Part shown: positions 1 through 8,659 of the stretch, one piece after another
Position numbering within the stretch: position 1 is the stretch's first letter
How the letters are laid out: each line of letters opens with the position of its first letter
Assembly (NCBI GenBank): GCA_947493005.1
Contig: CANLOY010000002.1
Span: 461,810-525,809, forward strand
DNA length: 64,000 nt
Direction: 5' to 3'
Source of the DNA: an uncultured Roseivirga sp.
GTDB taxonomy: Bacteria; Bacteroidota; Bacteroidia; Cytophagales; Cyclobacteriaceae
The notes under the pieces: model-generated
What the model was told of the DNA's origin: nothing
Database searches by the model: none
What the model saw: only the letters and a program-made list of their open reading frames with translations
Translations under genes and position numbers: made by a program

Positions 1-331
1 TAGTTGTTTTAGCAGATTCACCTTCAATAGTCAAGGTCCAGTCATCTACTTTTATGCCTTTGGGAATGATTCCATTGTTACGGATAAACATTCTGTCTTC
101 AGGTGTTACCAGGTCATCCAGTAAATGTGCCTTGGCTTCAATATTCCAAGGACGGTCATTTAGAGTAGTCATTTCCTCATGTTTCCCAAAGAGAGTCTGA
201 GGATCATTCTCTTCCATAAACAAAGGGGAGTAATTGGCATTAAGTTTATCTCCAAAAACGATATCAGTACCTATAAGCGCAGAAAAAGTAGCAAGAGTAC
301 TTTTTCGAATGAAATTACGTCTATTTCCCAT
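1..331 (-). CDS. Sulfite oxidase-like molybdopterin oxidoreductase, N-terminal part (runs off the window start)
   Basis: Not in the ORF track. Manual translation from ATG 331 gives MGNRRNFIRKSTLATFSALIG...NDRPWNIEAKAHLLDDLVTPEDRMFIRNNGIIP...WTLTIEGES: a twin-arginine signal plus the sulfite oxidase/SoxC-type 'TP..(M/F)F(I/V)RN(N/H)' segment. The frame is open to position 1. Confidence 0.85.
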   Translation of the reverse strand, partial: MGNRRNFIRKSTLATFSALIGTDIVFGDKLNANYSPLFMEENDPQTLFGKHEEMTTLNDRPWNIEAKAHLLDDLVTPEDRMFIRNNGIIPKGIKVDDWTLTIEGESAKTT

Positions 332-442
332 AGCAAATGGAAAGATAGAAATTTGAATTAATTATCAGAACGGTTTCTGAACAACGGATTTATTCATTTT
401 TCAACTACCATCCTTATCCCTTTACTATGTAATCTCTAAGAC

Positions 443-475
443 AAAAAAAGATCCTGACGATGGGTCGCCAGGATC
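443..475 (-). terminator. Intrinsic terminator downstream of the 517-801 gene
   Basis: Minus strand GATCCTGGCGACCCATCGTCAGGATC hairpin followed by T7. Confidence 0.8.
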
Positions 476-516
476 GGGATAGAAAACACCTGTTTAATTA
501 TACCTCAAACCAAAAA

Positions 517-801
517 CTAATCAGGTTTCCTTAAATTTCTTGTTCTTTCAATAAAATGAACTACTTCTTTATTTGTTATCACTTGCTTACCTTCTTCCCT
601 TAACTCATCCAACAGCATTTCGGCCATTTGTTCATCCACTGTAAGTTTTCTATTAATTGCCGAACTAGAGCTGTATATTATATTCAAGTGATCTGTTAAA
701 AGCTTGCAGCATTCTTCCTCAATATAGAACACCACCCCGCTAATGGTAATCTTATTTTGGCCATTCATGGTTCCTAAGTAAAGGGTTGGTTGTGTAAACA
801 T
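517..801 (-). CDS. Small protein resembling the N-terminal domain of Bacteroidota PspC-domain proteins (alternative start 768)
   Basis: ITISGVVFYIEEE...MAEMLLDELREEGKQVIT matches the recalled pattern INISGIIFHIEED...IAEIFL.KL...KQVIT. No PspC TM domain follows. Confidence 0.6.
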   Translation of the reverse strand: MFTQPTLYLGTMNGQNKITISGVVFYIEEECCKLLTDHLNIIYSSSSAINRKLTVDEQMAEMLLDELREEGKQVITNKEVVHFIERTRNLRKPD

Positions 802-874
802 GCGTTAAAGTTCTTACTCTGTTAGACTTCAGCTTTTTCAAATGGTTACTGAAGTATTGCTCGCTTTCATAATA

Positions 875-903
875 TAGATGCGACCAACAGGAAAAAAGTT
901 GCA
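875..903 (-). promoter_or_regulatory. Putative ECF-type promoter (TGCAAC-N17-CATCTA)
   Basis: Similar to the motif upstream of the ECF sigma gene at 4568-4595. Confidence 0.4.
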
Positions 904-957
904 ATCAAATGGCAGATTTAACAGTAGTTAAGAGAATTTAACTTTTATAAAACCAAA

Positions 958-1650
958 TTAGCCCTTCCTTAAATAGATATTGCTGGTTACTGTTTTAAGG
1001 CTCAGGTACTTGTTTTTGTCTTTGTACACTGTCTCTATGTTATGTGTACTGATCACAGGTAACCCTTTATTCTCAAGGTCAAGAGGGAAATTGGTATAAA
1101 TAGCACCATTCACAGTTTTGATCTCTATCTCAGCCCCATCACTTTCGGGCCAGGTAATATCTACGTCTCCTGTCACAGTCTTTACATGCAACTCTTCGAA
1201 TTTGCCTTCAACAACTACATCCGCAATAATAGCTTCAATATCCAAGTCCGTTCCGTTGGGCAGAAAAACTTCCACAAGTATTTTGGAGCATATACCTGAT
1301 CGGTGTCGATTTCCTAGTTGAATTGTATTTTCTTCATCACAATCACCCAACCAATTCTTACTTCTCACTTTTTTCTCATCCACATCCAATTTGAGAAAAG
1401 TTCTGCTACTCTGTTCTCTAAAATCGATATCTAAAATATCATTGAGATCACCTCCGTTTATCTCGTAACTTACTTTAACCTTAACTTCTTTCTTATCCCA
1501 ATTAGTTACCTGAATTTGATTTGCCAAATCTGCCTGAACAGCTATTCTCTGTCCGGAGTATTTAACTGTCTTTTCAAAAACCTTTTCCTGAGACTGTGCC
1601 TTAAAGAAAGGCCCCATTAAGCATATCGCTATTACAAGTAGTTTTTTCAT
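958..1650 (-). CDS. Secreted DUF4097-like (adhesin beta-repeat) protein
   Basis: Signal peptide; C-terminal KTVTGDVDI / KTVNGAIYTNF / KTVTSNIYLRK repeats. Confidence 0.7.
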   Translation of the reverse strand: MKKLLVIAICLMGPFFKAQSQEKVFEKTVKYSGQRIAVQADLANQIQVTNWDKKEVKVKVSYEINGGDLNDILDIDFREQSSRTFLKLDVDEKKVRSKNWLGDCDEENTIQLGNRHRSGICSKILVEVFLPNGTDLDIEAIIADVVVEGKFEELHVKTVTGDVDITWPESDGAEIEIKTVNGAIYTNFPLDLENKGLPVISTHNIETVYKDKNKYLSLKTVTSNIYLRKG

Positions 1651-2381
1651 TTCTTTGACTTTCTCAAGAACACATTACCAAATTCTGTATTGACCTTTAC
1701 AGACTTACCTCCTCGGCCGTTTGATAATTCCGCAATCATTTCTTTACCCAGCATATCATTGCCTCCTATTTTAACATTATCTGATAAGTTGCTGTAGATC
1801 TGCCCCCAGGAAGTGGAAGCTCGAAGAGAATTTATTGAATTCTCAGACATTGCGATATCCGCTCCGCCAAACTTAGCCTTTACAAATAGTGATTTGGGAA
1901 TATCAATTACCTCGACCATTCCAAACTGAGAATCAATGTTTAACTCAATATGCTTTGGCATCTTTACTTTCAGTACTATAGATACCTGAAGACCATTATT
2001 ACTATCTCCAATGACAAGCTTTTTGCCATTTCTAGATATAGTAACCGTTTCACCGTCATTGTCATCATCATTAATATAGATATTAACATCCCTATGCTTT
2101 CCCACATTTTTCAAATAAGACGATATGGTCAGTTCTCCACCCTTGATATGTGATTCCAATTTGAAGTCATCGTTGCTTTCCCCGCCATCAATTTGAAGTT
2201 CAGCAATTATCTCAACCTCGTTTTTGTCCCATGTTTCTAGTTTTACAAGTTCAGGATACTTAAAATCAAGGTTTATTCTAGATGCATTTTTGACCTGAAA
2301 GGTCTCTTTTCTCACCTCTTGCCCCAAAGAAACAGAGACTACAAACAGCAGGTTGAATAATATTAATATTGTTGTTTTCAT
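1647..2381 (-). CDS. Secreted DUF4097-like protein (track start 2435; likely start 2381)
   Basis: MKTTILILF signal peptide; paralogous to neighbours (W(D)K.EV, GQIYSN, GNVFLRK end). Confidence 0.7.
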   Translation of the reverse strand: MKTTILILFNLLFVVSVSLGQEVRKETFQVKNASRINLDFKYPELVKLETWDKNEVEIIAELQIDGGESNDDFKLESHIKGGELTISSYLKNVGKHRDVNIYINDDDNDGETVTISRNGKKLVIGDSNNGLQVSIVLKVKMPKHIELNIDSQFGMVEVIDIPKSLFVKAKFGGADIAMSENSINSLRASTSWGQIYSNLSDNVKIGGNDMLGKEMIAELSNGRGGKSVKVNTEFGNVFLRKSKK

Positions 2382-2435
2382 TGTTTGTGAGTTTAGACCA
2401 AAAAACGGCACCCTTTTAGAAGTGCCGGCTTTCAA

Positions 2436-3224
2436 TTATTTTTTTCTTAGGTATACACTCTGATATGAAGCCTTTATTTCGAGCTCCACTCCTCCTCCGT
2501 TCAATAGCCCTTCAATAACTGAGCTCATACGTTTCATTTCACCTTCCTCATCATTAGAGAAACTGATATTCATATCTGAATAAGCTTCACCATGAGGTGT
2601 TTTAATCGTAATGTTAGCCTTAGTATTTCCAGGTAGTGTGACGTCAACATCACCATAAACAGAGACCAATGAAGTTGGACTTGACTGACTTAACTCTGAG
2701 AATTTAGCGACAACTTTTCCATACACTGTATTTACCAATGCTGGACCAACAACATCATTTAAATACACATTGTTATATCTTCCTGAAACTTCAACCTCAC
2801 CAGTAATTCCATGCACCTCTATGTCGTTTCCTTCCCAATTCCCGGTATGCTCTATCTGAACTTTCACTGACTTAGGCACCTTGATGGTATATTTCCCTTT
2901 AGGTCTTCTGGCCGCCTGAAAGATTGTTACTTCATTTCCATCCTTTTGCACATTTAAACCAATACCGGTATTATCCTTACCTCTAGCACTTAATGCTTTA
3001 AGTCCTTCTGCTCTTTGAGGCTTGGAGTTTCCGTCACTATTCTGAATCTGAATATTCGATCCATCGTAGGCTTCAACACTTACTCTGTTTACCTCTTTCA
3101 CTATAATGGTTGTTTGAGAAGGGTTCGATATTTCCACTGTATAGTCCTGAGCACTAAGGTTCAAAGCACACAGTAGTGCTGCGACTGTCAGTGTTAGTTT
3201 TATATTTAGCTTTTTCATTTTCAT
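2436..3224 (-). CDS. Secreted DUF4097 family beta-strand repeat protein
   Basis: Signal peptide; GEVEV, NTVYGKV, SVYGDVDVTLP, GEAYSD repeats; ends VYLRKK. Confidence 0.8.
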   Translation of the reverse strand: MKMKKLNIKLTLTVAALLCALNLSAQDYTVEISNPSQTTIIVKEVNRVSVEAYDGSNIQIQNSDGNSKPQRAEGLKALSARGKDNTGIGLNVQKDGNEVTIFQAARRPKGKYTIKVPKSVKVQIEHTGNWEGNDIEVHGITGEVEVSGRYNNVYLNDVVGPALVNTVYGKVVAKFSELSQSSPTSLVSVYGDVDVTLPGNTKANITIKTPHGEAYSDMNISFSNDEEGEMKRMSSVIEGLLNGGGVELEIKASYQSVYLRKK

Positions 3225-3291
3225 TGTTTTTTAAATCAGATACTTGAGTTTGCCCTTTGGGCTATTATTAGATTAAAATCGATTTTAATTT

Positions 3292-4059
3292 TTATAATTC
3301 TTTTAGTTTGAAAATTCCCAGGTGCGCCTCATCCTGAACTTCCTTAAGCACTGAGGAATCTTCCGTTAATTTTTTCAACACTTCCACGGTTCCTTGCTGT
3401 TTCAAAGTCACCAATCCTTCAATCAACGCTAGTTGAACAGCTGGTTCAGTTTCGTCTAAGAGCGCATCGCTAAAGGCTTTGCTCACCTTTTTACTAGCAC
3501 TCAATTTGGTTAGCGCCTCAACCGTTTTTGTTCTTACATGCATGTTTTTTTCATTCTTAAGGAGAGCGATCAAAACATCGACAGTTTCGTCATCTACCTC
3601 TTCCATTCCCATTGAATTGTTGACAGCTTGCAACCTTCCACTAGCAGAACTACTTTCCAATTGAGTAAACATTAGCGCTTTCATTTCATCCAACTGCCCT
3701 TGGATATTCTCCATATCACTACCAGATCCAACCTGATTACCTACCCAATACCCTACCATGACAAGTGCAACAGCCGCGGCAACTCTATAAAGCCAGGTAA
3801 GGCTTAATGGCTTCATTTTAATTACTGGAGTTTCTTTTGATTCAGAGACTTCAATCTTAGAGAAAAGATCCTCATCAGTCATTGTACTCTTAACTTGTCT
3901 TAATCCTCCGAACAAAGTAAACTGGTCTTTGTGGGACATTAAATGGTCGGGAATTCCCTCTCCTTCAAAGAAAGTTTGGAGTTGCTGTTCTTCTTCCAGA
4001 GAGGTGTTCCCGTTGTAATATTTTTCAAGTAACCCTTCTATATCTTTATACTCCCTCAT
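3292..4059 (-). CDS. Putative anti-sigma factor with TM helix and periplasmic HEAT repeats
   Basis: N-terminal LLEKYYNGNTSLEEE anti-sigma motif, single TM (YRVAAAVALVMVGYWVG), HEAT-like helices (VRTKTVEAL, VQLALIEGL); overlaps the sigma gene stop. Confidence 0.8.
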   Translation of the reverse strand: MREYKDIEGLLEKYYNGNTSLEEEQQLQTFFEGEGIPDHLMSHKDQFTLFGGLRQVKSTMTDEDLFSKIEVSESKETPVIKMKPLSLTWLYRVAAAVALVMVGYWVGNQVGSGSDMENIQGQLDEMKALMFTQLESSSASGRLQAVNNSMGMEEVDDETVDVLIALLKNEKNMHVRTKTVEALTKLSASKKVSKAFSDALLDETEPAVQLALIEGLVTLKQQGTVEVLKKLTEDSSVLKEVQDEAHLGIFKLKEL

Positions 4060-4558
4060 AACTACTCATTTTTAAATAGGTCTTTCTGGCAGCCTTTCTG
4101 GCTCTAGATAAACCAACTCTGATGTTATTCACTTCCAACCCAGTCTGCCCGGCAATTTCCTCAAAGCTGTATCCCTCAACATCACGTAACATTATCAGCA
4201 ACCTTTGCTGTTCTGGTAATCTTTGAAACGCATCCATCATGGTGGCCATACTTTCATTTAGTTCCAGTTTTTTTTGAGGAGAAATAAAACCTGAGTCAAG
4301 CTCCATTTCCTGAATATCCAATTGGTTTTTATGCTTCTTAGACTTCAGTTTATCAATGCAATAATTCTTTGTTATTGTTACTGCCATTGCCTCAATACTT
4401 CTATACCCCTCCAGTTGCTCTCGTTTACTCCAAAGCTTCACCATCACATCCTGAAGGGCATCTTCAGTTTCTTCCAAGGATTTAAGCATGCTCAGGGCAA
4501 TTCTGAACAAGCGATCCTTAAGAGGTAGAACTTTAGTTTTAAACTCTTGCAACTCCAT
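4046..4558 (-). CDS. ECF RNA polymerase sigma factor (sigma70 group 4)
   Basis: 170 aa; region 2 DALQDVMVKLW, region 4 LPEQQRLLIMLRDVEGYSFEEIA...LSRARK. Confidence 0.95.
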   Translation of the reverse strand: MELQEFKTKVLPLKDRLFRIALSMLKSLEETEDALQDVMVKLWSKREQLEGYRSIEAMAVTITKNYCIDKLKSKKHKNQLDIQEMELDSGFISPQKKLELNESMATMMDAFQRLPEQQRLLIMLRDVEGYSFEEIAGQTGLEVNNIRVGLSRARKAARKTYLKMSSYEGV

Positions 4559-4567
4559 GTTGTAGGG

Positions 4568-4595
4568 TAGACGAATACTTTAAAATGGCATTACA
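4568..4595 (-). promoter_or_regulatory. Putative autoregulatory ECF promoter TGTAAT-N16-CGTCTA
   Basis: Lies 9 nt upstream of the sigma ATG; spacing and -10 CGTC match the generic ECF architecture. Confidence 0.55.
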
Positions 4596-4704
4596 CCAAA
4601 ATTGAAAAAACATTACTTTTAGCTGAGAATTAAATTATATCTAACTGAAAATCAATAAATAAGGAATATAGAAAACTTCAGAGTATTTTCGTTATTCTGA
4701 TTTT

Positions 4705-5469
4705 ATGTTTTTCTTCCTATCCAAAATACTAGCATTTTTTGTCAGACCAATCACATGGATGATTGCGCTTTTCCTACTATCAGTATGGTTAAAGAATAAA
4801 AAATGGAGAAAACGGTGTTTTTGGGCAAGCTTCTTTCTTCTCATTTTCTTTTCCAACCAATATGTTAGTAACAGGGTAATGCTCTGGTGGGAATACGATC
4901 CAATCCCAATTAATGAAATTGGCACCTACGATGTAGGAATAGTTTTTTCTGGGGTTACTAAAGGAAGTAAAACTCCAAGAGACAGGGTCTACTTCAATAA
5001 CGGAGCGGATAGAATCACACACACATTGCAATTATATAAGGAAGGAAAAATCAAACATATAATAGTAAGTGGTGGACTTGGATTTCAGCAGGTGGAGAAA
5101 AGTATTGCCGCTAATAGACTATCATCTTTTCTTCAAATGGCTGGTGTTCCAGACTCTGTAATAACGGTGGAGCCTGATGCTGTTAATACCTATGAAAATG
5201 CTGTTAAGGTGGCTGAAATATTAAAGGAGGAGTTTCCGAACCAAAGGTATCTGCTAATCACATCTGGATACCATATGAAAAGATCTAAGCTTTGTTTAGA
5301 GAAACAAGAAGTGAGCTTCGATATTTTCCCAGCTGGTTTTCGTACGGATAGACCTACTATGAATTTTGACGACATCGTTATCCCAAAGGCTCAGTCAATA
5401 TCCAGATGGGAACTAATAATTAAGGAAATTGTAGGAATAGCTACCTATCGCTTAATGGGATACATCTGA
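4705..5469 (+). CDS. YdcF/ElyC/SanA (DUF218) family membrane protein
   Basis: N-terminal TM helices; IIVSGG, AVNTYENA, LLITSGYHMKRS motifs. Confidence 0.9.
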   Translation: MFFFLSKILAFFVRPITWMIALFLLSVWLKNKKWRKRCFWASFFLLIFFSNQYVSNRVMLWWEYDPIPINEIGTYDVGIVFSGVTKGSKTPRDRVYFNNGADRITHTLQLYKEGKIKHIIVSGGLGFQQVEKSIAANRLSSFLQMAGVPDSVITVEPDAVNTYENAVKVAEILKEEFPNQRYLLITSGYHMKRSKLCLEKQEVSFDIFPAGFRTDRPTMNFDDIVIPKAQSISRWELIIKEIVGIATYRLMGYI

Positions 5470-5499
5470 TATTAGAAAATTGAGCGATTCTTGGTTTTG

Positions 5500-5802
5500 T
5501 TAAAAAACCATCACATTAACGTTCTCAAGAACTTTAATTAATTCAGGAGCCTCTTTCATTTTAAGGAAATAGAAAATATTCTTCCCTTCTCTTTTACTAC
5601 CTAGTACTCCTTTCATCTTCATATTAGCGAGATGGTGTGATGTAAGTGACTGCTCAAGACCAAGGTAGGCCGTGATATCATTCACAGACAGCTTTTCATT
5701 GACATTGAGTATATCAATAATTGCCACCCTCATAGGGTGTGCTACCGTTTTGAGAACGAATGCAATCTTCTCAACTCTCTCATGATCAAGTTGGGTTTCC
5801 AT
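5500..5802 (-). CDS. ArsR/SmtB family transcriptional repressor
   Basis: LKTVAHPMRVAII, EQSLTSHHLANMK, REGKNIFY. Confidence 0.9.
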   Translation of the reverse strand: METQLDHERVEKIAFVLKTVAHPMRVAIIDILNVNEKLSVNDITAYLGLEQSLTSHHLANMKMKGVLGSKREGKNIFYFLKMKEAPELIKVLENVNVMVF

Positions 5803-5824
5803 CTCGATAGGTTTGAGCTCAAAT

Positions 5825-5844
5825 ATATGAACATACTTTCATAT
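5825..5844. promoter_or_regulatory. Candidate ArsR/SmtB operator ATATGAA-catact-TTCATAT
   Basis: Perfect 7-6-7 dyad 23 nt upstream of the arsR start, with an SmtB-box-like TGAA..TTCA core. Confidence 0.6.
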
Positions 5845-5956
5845 TAAAAAGAGATTTTATATAAAATTGCGACAACCACAAAATGATATGGCTCAAAATA
5901 TAGGACTCAATTATGTTTCGAGCTCAGATAGCAAAGGTTAAAAAACATTCATAAAC

Positions 5957-5989
5957 AAAAAGAAGGCACCCTTATGAAGGTACCTTCTC
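5957..5989 (-). terminator. Intrinsic terminator of the ompA-like gene
   Basis: Minus strand AGAAGGTACC-loop-GGTGCCTTCT followed by TTTT. Confidence 0.7.
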
Positions 5990-6010
5990 AATATTACTTT
6001 TTAAATGGGC

Positions 6011-7417
6011 CTAATTAAAAACTATCTCCAATTCTACCCTTCTATTAGCAGCTCTTCCAGCTCTGGTATTATTATCTGCAATTGGGTTTGCAATCCCATA
6101 ACCTTCAGATCTCAATCTATTTTCATCAATTCCCTGACCTATCAAGTACGTTTTAGCTGCTGCAGCTCTTCGTTTAGATAAATCCAGATTCTTATCAACA
6201 TTACCCGTATTATCAGTATATCCTGACAACAACAGCTTGAAAGATTCATTATCCTTCATTAGTTGTGCCACTTTGTTTAGTGACTCATATGAAGAAGGCT
6301 TTAATACATCACTTCCACTATTGAACTGAATATTCTTAACCGCCAAATCTAATGCTTCTTTTACTTCCTCTTTGATTTCAGGACAGCCATTGTTTGCTGA
6401 TATACCTGCTACCTGAGGACATGTATCATCCTGGTCTCTTATTCCATCTCCGTCACTATCAGGACAGCCATTCAAAGTTCCAGCAACTCTTGGGCATTGG
6501 TCATCTTCATCTTTTACTCCATCACCATCAGTATCAGGGCAACCATTTAAGGTTCCTGCCTGATTCGGACAAGCATCTTCTGAATCCTTAACACCATCAC
6601 CGTCACTATCAGGACAGCCGTTAAACTTGGCTATTCCTGGTGTATTCGGACAAGCATCTTCTGAATCTTTAATGCCATCTCCATCTGAATCAGGACATCC
6701 ATTTAAAGTACCCGCTTCACTTGGGCATGCATCATCCTTGTCAAGAACGCCATCCCCATCAGTATCCGGCCATGGGCACCCTCTGTTTTCAGCAGGCCCT
6801 GCTTGATTTGGACAGGCATCTTCTTTATCATAGATACCATCCTTATCACTGTCTTTTTTCCTTCCAATATTGAAATTAACTCCTAATCTATATTGCAAAT
6901 AATCGGGAGCACCATTACTATGGTAAATTCCTCCAAGCTGGATACTCGCCTCTTCAGAAACTTTGAATTCGACACCTACACCAAATGGCGTATCAAAATT
7001 GTTACCTTCCCAATTTCCAGAATTGAGCCCCTTGAAGTTGCTATAGTTACTAGTTCCTATACCCGCACTTATAAAAGGCGCTACTTTAGCTTCTTTCTTC
7101 AGAATATAGCCGTTATCAAACTTATAAATCAAGTTAACATTTACATCTAAAACATTACTTTCAAAAATTTGCTCATAAACGAGTTTGCCATAGCCAACTC
7201 CAAATTCCAGATCTAAACTATTATTAAGGTACCTCTGAGCTCCAACTCGGAAGCCTGCATTACCTAATTCGCCAAAATCAAATAGTCCTTCCCAAATACG
7301 GTACTTGAATTTGTTATTAGTAAGATCAATATTAACCCTCCAAGGTACATCCTCAGATTGCGCATAAGATGACATTGTAAAAATGCCTAACATAAAAACG
7401 ATTAAAAATTTCCGCAT
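6011..7417 (-). CDS. OmpA family protein with beta-barrel, six thrombospondin type 3 repeats and OmpA-like C-domain
   Basis: Signal peptide; DxDxDGxxDxxDxCP x6; GYTDNTG, NLDLSKRRA, NRRVEL. Confidence 0.93.
   Translation of the reverse strand: MRKFLIVFMLGIFTMSSYAQSEDVPWRVNIDLTNNKFKYRIWEGLFDFGELGNAGFRVGAQRYLNNSLDLEFGVGYGKLVYEQIFESNVLDVNVNLIYKFDNGYILKKEAKVAPFISAGIGTSNYSNFKGLNSGNWEGNNFDTPFGVGVEFKVSEEASIQLGGIYHSNGAPDYLQYRLGVNFNIGRKKDSDKDGIYDKEDACPNQAGPAENRGCPWPDTDGDGVLDKDDACPSEAGTLNGCPDSDGDGIKDSEDACPNTPGIAKFNGCPDSDGDGVKDSEDACPNQAGTLNGCPDTDGDGVKDEDDQCPRVAGTLNGCPDSDGDGIRDQDDTCPQVAGISANNGCPEIKEEVKEALDLAVKNIQFNSGSDVLKPSSYESLNKVAQLMKDNESFKLLLSGYTDNTGNVDKNLDLSKRRAAAAKTYLIGQGIDENRLRSEGYGIANPIADNNTRAGRAANRRVELEIVFN
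6380..6860 (-). repeat. Coding TSP3 Ca-binding repeats (about 75-78 nt period)
   Basis: cgtcactatcaggacagcc at 6451 and 6601; six protein-level repeats. Confidence 0.85.
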
Positions 7418-7598
7418 AGTCGTGGTTTTTGGTTTCAGGTGTTATAGCTAAAAGTTTACCAAACTGATAGTTTTATTTTTTAATAATTAAAATACCACAA
7501 AAAGCTATGATAACAATATTTAAACTGGACTTTTTAGACCTTTCAAGATTAGTACACTCCTATTTTTGTACATTAATTCCCAAATTGAGAACAGCTAG

Positions 7599-8105
7599 AT
7601 GATCCAGATTGGTTTGATTTCTGACACCCATAGTTACCTGAATCTTCAGGTGCTGACTACTTTCAAGAATTGTGATGAAATATGGCATGCAGGTGATGTT
7701 GGTAACATAGAAGTATTAGATCAATTAGAAGGTATTAAACCCCTGAGAGCCGTTTTTGGAAACATCGATGGGCAGGATATTAGAAGTAAACTCCCAGAAA
7801 CAGAGATTTTCACTTTAGAAGGCGTCAAGGTGTTTCTTACTCATATAGGTGGAACACCTCCCAGATATTCAAAAGGTATTTTGAGTAAGTTGAAAAAGGA
7901 AGAACCGAAGCTCTTTATATGTGGGCACAGTCACATCCTGAAGGTTATGACTGATCACAATTTAAATAATATGCTTTACATGAATCCAGGAGCAGCCGGT
8001 CATCACGGATTTCATCATATGAGGACCGTTCTTAGGTTCAAACTTGACAAAGGTAAAATATTTGACCTTGAAGTTGTAGAATTAGGCAAAAGAGGGAGAA
8101 ATTAA
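7599..8105 (+). CDS. YfcE/MJ0936-type metallophosphoesterase
   Basis: SDTH, HAGDVG, GNID, THIG, GHSH, NPG motifs. Confidence 0.9.
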   Translation: MIQIGLISDTHSYLNLQVLTTFKNCDEIWHAGDVGNIEVLDQLEGIKPLRAVFGNIDGQDIRSKLPETEIFTLEGVKVFLTHIGGTPPRYSKGILSKLKKEEPKLFICGHSHILKVMTDHNLNNMLYMNPGAAGHHGFHHMRTVLRFKLDKGKIFDLEVVELGKRGRN

Positions 8106-8127
8106 AAAGGCCGGATAAACCGGCCTT
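8103..8127 (-). terminator. Terminator hairpin between the convergent 7599 and 8150 genes
   Basis: AAGGCCGG-ataaa-CCGGCCTT with a flanking A-run (T-run on the minus strand). Confidence 0.7.
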
Positions 8128-8149
8128 AGAACTTAATTTTTCTATGAAG

Positions 8150-8503
8150 CTATTCCGCAGAATCAGCTGATTCTTCCTTCTTTTCAACCTCTTCAGCTTT
8201 AGCTTCTTTCTTTGGCTTAGCCGCTTTTTTTGCCTTTGGCTTTGATTCTTTTTTGGTTTCTTCAGTAGCTTCTACAGCAACTTCAGCTTTTGGAGCCTCT
8301 TCCACTTTCTTCTCTTCTTTCTTAGCCTTAGGCTCAGCTTTAGATTTTTTTGGAGCTTCGGTAACTGCAAAAGATGCTATTAACTCTTCCTTATCAACAT
8401 TTTTAAGTACTGGCTTCGCAGTTAAATGCTTTATAGAATTATTTCTTTTAGCTGCTGTTTGCTTATTTCTTCTTGCTTTTCTCTTTAATCTTGTAACTCC
8501 CAT
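8150..8503 (-). CDS. Small basic protein with Lys/Glu/Ala-rich tail (track start 8533; likely start 8503)
   Basis: MGVTRLKRKARRNK N-terminus followed by a low-complexity tail; a promoter overlaps the track's TTG start. Confidence 0.75.
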   Translation of the reverse strand: MGVTRLKRKARRNKQTAAKRNNSIKHLTAKPVLKNVDKEELIASFAVTEAPKKSKAEPKAKKEEKKVEEAPKAEVAVEATEETKKESKPKAKKAAKPKKEAKAEEVEKKEESADSAE

Positions 8504-8530
8504 GATATAGGCTTTTCCTAAAATGAGCGG

Positions 8531-8561
8531 CAAAGATAAGAGTTTGTTTGTTTTTTTCGAA
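8531..8561 (-). promoter_or_regulatory. Bacteroidota sigma70 promoter (TTCG-N19-TATCTTTG)
   Basis: Matches the -33 TTTG / -7 TAnnTTTG consensus. Confidence 0.65.
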
Positions 8562-8659
8562 CTATCTTTTCATTAATTATTAAGAATAATTTGATAAGTC
8601 AGTATCTACACCTATTCTTTCACATCTCATTTTAGTAGTTTTGCCCAAAACAAGAACTA

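Noticed and set aside
179-361. Track ORF 179-361 (+)
   Set aside because: It is antisense to the much better supported sulfite oxidase-like gene.
2381-2438. ORF 2436-3224 abuts ORF 1647-2435 in frame, suggesting stop-codon readthrough
   Set aside because: The stop is TAA and the downstream gene has its own ATG (2381) with a signal peptide; the abutment comes from the track choosing an upstream TTG.
3272-3289. Perfect palindrome ATTAAAATCGATTTTAAT after the anti-sigma gene
   Set aside because: It is AT-rich with no second copy seen; it may be a weak processing or terminator site but is unsupported.
5887-5940. Micro-ORF MAQNIGLNYVSSSDSKG faintly recalling a topoisomerase IB N-terminus
   Set aside because: Only 17 codons; the similarity is too weak to support.
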